DNA of 63,991 bases, counting the filler, from Streblomastix strix (Eukaryota), in the NCBI GenBank assembly GCA_008636045.1. It is 3 parts of 3 records of this genome, joined end to end, with 100 filler letters (N's around TTAATTAATTAA, not from the genome) between each part and the next. Parts side by side here need not be neighbours in the genome. Positions count along the whole stretch, not along the records: positions 44,604 to 63,991 come from SNRW01000516.1; 2 more parts are not named here. The stretch is one strand, 5' to 3'. Positions 57,868-63,991 of this stretch are shown one piece after another. The position numbers and the translations under genes were made by a program. Under the pieces are notes generated by a model that made no database searches, was not told the DNA's origin, and saw nothing but the letters and a program-made list of their open reading frames with translations. Position 1 is the stretch's first letter; the number at the start of each line of letters is the position of its first letter.

Positions 57868-60539
57868 TCAAACAAAAAAATATTAATTATTAACATTAAT
57901 GAATTCAACACAAGTTAAATCATATTCCGATGTTAAAAATTCATTAAATTATGAATCAATAATTTTCTTAACATTTTAAATCAATGTTTTTCAAACTTCC
58001 ACATTGGTTCATAGTTTATGTTGTGTCCACAATAGCTACTTATCGTTGGACATATATAACCTATAAGTTATTATACAATAAATACTTATTTAAAATGTAA
58101 ATGAGCATCAATTTCTTCATTGCCACCTTCGGATTCTATTTGTTCTTATGCAGAATGATAATGTATTGGTTAAGGAGAAATTTTTGGAGCTTATCGATAT
58201 TAAAAATTATATTTTCTTTCTATACTAAGTGTTTATAAGAAATATTTTAATTAAAAAATTGTTGCTTAAATATTTCTGTCATTCGATTCTCCATTACCTC
58301 CAACAGTTGCAATAGATAATGAAAGAACAGATGCATATTCTCCTTATGATAATAATTCAAATGAATGCAAATCTTAATTAATTTCAAATTCAAGCAAGCA
58401 TTGTCTGCAATATTTTCTAATATATTATTATTTTTAATCTTTGTTTAAATTAATTTATTATTTAATATAATATTTATAGATATTTATTAGAGATGAAATT
58501 AATTGAGGAGTTTTTCGAACAATTGAATTAATTTTTGGATTATATTATAATATGAAGTAAATAAGTTTGATAGTAGAAAATACTACCAATGAAGAGGAAT
58601 GTTATAATTTCAAATGATTATTAATTTATAATTTGATTTTGATTAATGGATTAATTTTGGTTTTAGAATTTAACACTGATATGAGATGTGAGATTAAATT
58701 ATGCTAATTCAACAAGAAATCTTTCAAATTTTTATTACATTTTGTTGCATTTGATAGTGTTCTAAATACTAATAATTAAATATCTTATATATGTTGTGAT
58801 TATTAAATTTCATATCTGAATTGACAATTAAGTTGTTTGTTGCAATTAACATGCAATAATGGAACAATTCTTTGTTTAATGGTTTCTTCAAATGTCTTAG
58901 GAAAATTATCATAACTATTACTAAAATTGAAATTGAATTATCCAGCAACTTCAAACAGCTTTAATAATGATTCACTTAATCTTTTGTTTGTTTTATTTAA
59001 GTCAGTGGAAAGAAAAATATCTAAATTCTTATTCAAAACTTTTATGCATCTATCAATCATTTCATTTTTAATTTCATGATAATTTATTGTAATTAAATAA
59101 ATTCTTAATAATTATTCAATTCTATTTGAATATTTCTTATTATCATTATGATTATCAATTTTATCAATTATTAACAATTCTATTTTATTCAACAATCCTG
59201 AATTTTTCATTTTTGAATAGAATTATTTATTAAAATAAAAGCAATCATAACGACTATCAATATAATAATGTTATGGACAATTTCCAACTCCAATAGCGAA
59301 TTCAATTATGTCTAATAGACTTTTCTCTAATTTTGAAGAGCAATTTGTAAGATGATTATTCAATAAATTGAATTTTTGAATGTTAAATAAATTTTTTATA
59401 TCGAATTTACTTAATAATTTAAGCCATTCAAAATAATATTTCATTATAGATGTTTGTTGTTCAACAGATATTGATTTTGATTCTAATATTTCTTCAAGAT
59501 CTTATAATATATATTTAATAAATAAATATTTAATAATAAATTTTAAGTTAAAAAAATAATTTAATAATAAATTATAAATTATGCTAAATTGAATAACATA
59601 CTAAAATTAGTGAAATATTTATCTTCGAGAAATTCGGTATATGAGCAGCTGAATGAATAATCGGATTCATCTGGAAGTGATAATGAAAGGTCTATTATGA
59701 ATTTATTATTAAAAAGTTAAAAAAATATACGATTAAAAATATATTTTTATTTTATAATTATTCCTATTATTAATTTTTAATTTATAAACCTTTCATTAAT
59801 TCCCTATTATATTATAATTTTTAAAAATACAATTTTCTTTTTCTTCTTCTTTCTTTATATTTATATTTATCTTTAAATTTTTGTTCTTATTTAAGTTTCT
59901 TGGATTTCAAATTACTATATTTTTCATTATCTTTCTATTTTAATTGCAATTTTTCTTTTTCTTTTGCTTATTCTTTTTCTTTTGATTTGTGTTTTGATTT
60001 TTCATTCTATTTTAATTAATGTTATTTTCTTTCTTTCTTTACAACTTTTTCTTTAACAATTTTTTAATTTTGATTTTTTGAATTAGATAATTTTTATTGA
60101 AGAAGTTTTTCTGATTAAATATTTAGTGAAAATAATTAAAATAGTTGAATTAAATCAATAAAAAATAAATATAATGGATGATAATTTATGAATTATAAAT
60201 TTAATTAATTATAATAAACTTTACCTAAAATAGCAGATTCATCAATTACTTTATCAGATAGTATAACTCTAATTTTTCAGCCATCCAATATCGATTTATC
60301 GAATAGTTGTATTGCTCTTTAAGCTGCTTAAGAATCTTTCATCTCAACAAATCCATGAGTAAATCCGCGCATAGAATACCAATAATGATTAATACTGAAA
60401 ATAATAAAATTTAGAAAATATCATTAACGAATTAAGTGTTAAATGCATACACAACTCCAACAGTTTCAAATATTTTTTTAAATTTACTATCTGATGTTTT
60501 TGAGCTCAAATTATAAACAAATAACTCAGTTTTATTCAT
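57868..60539 (-). CDS. RRM + coiled-coil + expanded-family domain protein (paralog B); multi-intron
   Basis: LFVYNLS...HGFVEMKDSQAAQRAI; EQIESEGGNEEIDAHL; colinear with 51281-53840. Confidence 0.75.
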
Positions 60540-61573
60540 CTAACTAAATTAAAAAAAAGAAAAAAGAAAAATGTATAAAATTCAATTAGTCATTAGTGTA
60601 TTTAAACAAATAGTATAAAATAATTGTTGTATCTGAATAGAATATAAAATTGCGAGAAATGAAATAATATTTTAATTTGTTTAATGAAGAGAAATTAATT
60701 TTTTTTCAAAATTTAAAATAAAATTAAGGTTGTTTTTGCTCATTTCAAAATAAAAATAAAATAGGTTTATTTTATAATAATCATATAAGTAGTAAAGTTT
60801 AGATTGTACAAATACAAATTATTGTCATATTTGGAAGTTGAATATAGAGTTATTTAAGGTAAATTAAATTTTATTAAATTTTTTGAGATTATGAAAAGAG
60901 AAAGAATTGTTTATTTGAAATTTAAACATTAAGTGACATAATATTATCATTATTTTTTTATACAATTTGTAGTTTCGATTTATGACAAAAAAGTTTTATT
61001 TTTCAAAATTAATTTTTTTTTAAAAAAAGTATATTTTCATACAAATAAAGTTAGAATGTTAAAATTAAATATTAATTTATAATCAATATCTATATTATAT
61101 TTCATATTTCATTAATATATCAATCAATTAACATCGAAATTTGACTTTTTATTGACTTATACTGAAATATCAATTTTCTTCAACATTCATAGTTATGAAA
61201 TACATTTTAATACTAAAATTATATTTATAATAATAATTTAAACATATAAATCCTTCAAATATTTCTATTAGAATTTTATTAATATCGTTACACTCAAATG
61301 AAAATTCAATGTTGAAATTGTACTTCAATACTCCTTTTTCAACTTATTTTTATATATTTCTATTATTTATTTATGAATGCATATTATTTATATTAATTTT
61401 GTTGATTAAATATCAAATTAAACTTCATTACAACACTAACGTAGCAATTTTATACATTTTATATCTTTTCTCTTGGTTTTTTTTTCTATTTTTTATGTTT
61501 ATTTTTAATTTATTTTTATATTTTATTTAATTAATAAGTTTTTTGTATAATTTTATTCTTACAATTTAGTTCA

Positions 61574-63730
61574 ATGTCGAGGATTCCACCGCCAACAAAA
61601 GTTTGTTCAAAAATATTCCCTTCTTTTATATTTCTTTATTTAATTTTTGCTTTAATTTTGATATTCTAGTTTGCGCCACAGAAGATAATTACATTCCAAC
61701 CTCAATAAGATGAGTAAAATGCTGTATAAGTTCAAAACCCTGCATTACTGAACATGCTCCTCTCTGATGTTAATATTGAAAATGAATAATAAATTTCTCC
61801 TCCTCATATTTCTTCAGTTGCTGAAAAATCAAAGAAATCATAAGTCCCACTTGTATGCTTATATGAATTATACATTTATAAATTATATATTCATATATTA
61901 ATTATATATTCATATATTAATTATATATTCATATATTAATTTTATATTCATATATTAATTATATATTCATATATTATTTATATATTCATATTTTATTTAT
62001 ATATTCAATTATTAATAACTTAACTTAATTATTATTAATATTATTATTCTAATTATCATCATTACTCTCTATCTAACATAGAAGCTCCACAAAAACCCAG
62101 ATCACACTTCATATGCCAAACTGTACATCAAACCCAAATCTGAACCAATATCTCAAAATCAGCATCAAAACAGAGCCAGTTCAGTTGGATTAATACAGAA
62201 TCCTTCAGTTCAGAGAATTGATTCACCCAGATAATAGTTATTATTATTGAGACCAAATAGTCGAGAATAATAAATAATGAATATTAATAATAATGTTGGA
62301 TAGTAAGGATTTAATAATATTACTAATTATTAATAATAGGCATTTAATCAATAATAATAAAAACCTATACTTACTCCATCACGATTCAGCTCTGGATAAT
62401 TATTGACAAAATAAACATCTTCTCCTTAACTGACATAATATCATTCATAATAATCAGCATACTCATCATCTAATATTTCAATTCCAATTCAATTAACAGA
62501 TAATAATAATAATAATATCATATCTGGAAGTCAACAGTTGTTTCTTCAGAATCCGCAAACTCCAGTTCGAGAACATAGAGTACCTCCTTTACTGAATATG
62601 AATACAAATTCACCTTTCCAGAGATAAAATTCATCTTAATAATAATAAAGATAGAATTCATCATAATTATTGTAAAGATAATCTTCGTCATAATAATAAA
62701 CCAGATAATAATAGCAACTATCATAAAGACAAGTGTATATACAGGATGGAGTAGTACGCCCAGTTGACAGCAACGATTTAAACAGCGATTTCTACAAAAA
62801 TAAGAATAATAACATTAATGAATATAATATTAATAACAATAACAACAATAATAATGATGATAATTCAAGTCAATTAAAAGCACTAGTATATTACGGCATT
62901 GAAGCTGATGATGCTTAAATTGATGAAGAAACCAAACGAATCACAAATTTAGAAGAAAAAGAACAAGAAAAGAAGGTTTCATTTATTAGAAAAGAAGAAG
63001 CAGATGAAAATGAATTGGAATTGTTCAAATAATGGAAAAAAGAAAGAGAAAAAGAAAAAATGAAAGAAAAACAGTAAAATTAATTTAGATTGAATTAATA
63101 ATAATAATAACAATAATAAGCTAGGCCATAAACGTCTGAAACTATAGATGACTATTTAGATGTGATCAAGAATTAATAGAAACAGTAATTTAGATAGAAT
63201 GTATAATAGAAGAATATTTAAAGCACTTTATTTGACTAGGATATTAAGTGGAATAATGATAGCAATGATAACTAAAATGAAAATTAATCAAATTTATATC
63301 CATAATCACATAATAATGATAATAAACAAATACAACCTCAAAATTAAAACCAAGATCAAGACCTTCAATCATAAGGAAATCAATCATAATCAGAATCCAG
63401 TTAATAATTACAAAATTAATAAATTCAGTAACAATAACAATAACAATCAAAGAAGAAGAAGGGTTACAAACCATACACTTTAGATGATTATAAAAGAATA
63501 TCAGCTTTTCCACCTCCCAAACCAGGCGGATTAGGTCCAGACTTAGAAAATGAAGATTTGAAGAAGAAAAAAATTGAAAAGGAAAAAGAAAAAGAGTTTT
63601 CTGAGAAATAAAGAAAAGAAAATGCAATTAAAATGAGGAAGATGAGGTTGAAATAGTAATAATTGGATGAGAAGAAGAAGAATTTGTAATTAAATGAGGA
63701 GAAATAATTATAGAAAGATGATAATAATAA
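61574..63730 (+). CDS. Hypothetical Q/E-rich low-complexity protein; 3' end disrupted by a fold-back
   Basis: MSRIPPPTK|FAPQKIITF..., two GT-AG introns, long Gln-rich frame. Confidence 0.55.
61880..62005. repeat. 20-bp AT-rich intronic minisatellite
   Basis: About six copies of AATTATATATTCATATATT(A). Confidence 0.85.
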
Positions 63731-63991
63731 TTAGGATAATGATGATAATGAAGAAGCAGAAGATGGTGGTATTTCTTTATTTGGTTTATGCTTATTTAAT
63801 TTTGCGTTCTTATTTGAATATGGGTTTTGTTTTGGTTATTTATTATCAAATTATATTTCTTCATCAATAATATTATTATCTTCTTCATCATCATTATCAT
63901 CATTATCATTATTATTATTATCATCTTTCTATAATTATTTCTCCTCATTTAATTACAAATTCTTCTTCTTCTCATCCAATTATTACTATTT
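63651..63991. repeat. Fold-back inverted duplication at window end
   Basis: 63912-63991 is the exact reverse complement of 63651-63730. Confidence 0.9.

Overview
AT-rich eukaryotic DNA with short GT-AG introns. Genes only read through if TAA/TAG encode Gln and TGA is the sole stop, so the supplied ORF track is fragmented. Code, intron style and gene families fit an oxymonad such as Streblomastix strix (inference). The window is three unrelated contigs joined by artificial 100-nt N/TTAATTAATTAA linkers (22210-22309, 44504-44603). Host genes: an RRM/DEDDy-exonuclease/RRM fusion, a Cdc25-type phosphatase with a very long Q/N/S tail, a YhhN/TMEM86 protein, a Ser/Thr kinase, an acyl-CoA synthetase fragment, RPN5, several ubiquitin-system genes, a USP, SPRY-like proteins and about eight members of one expanded uncharacterised family. 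Mobile DNA: one structurally complete DIRS tyrosine-recombinase retrotransposon (37927-43256), two other DIRS remnants and two or three non-autonomous TIR elements. Best candidate novelty: the complete DIRS appears to carry its replication-essential ICR, an 80-bp tandem array and a 17-bp stem-loop inside an in-frame spliceosomal intron of its recombinase gene. All translations and coordinates were done by hand; no database searches were run.
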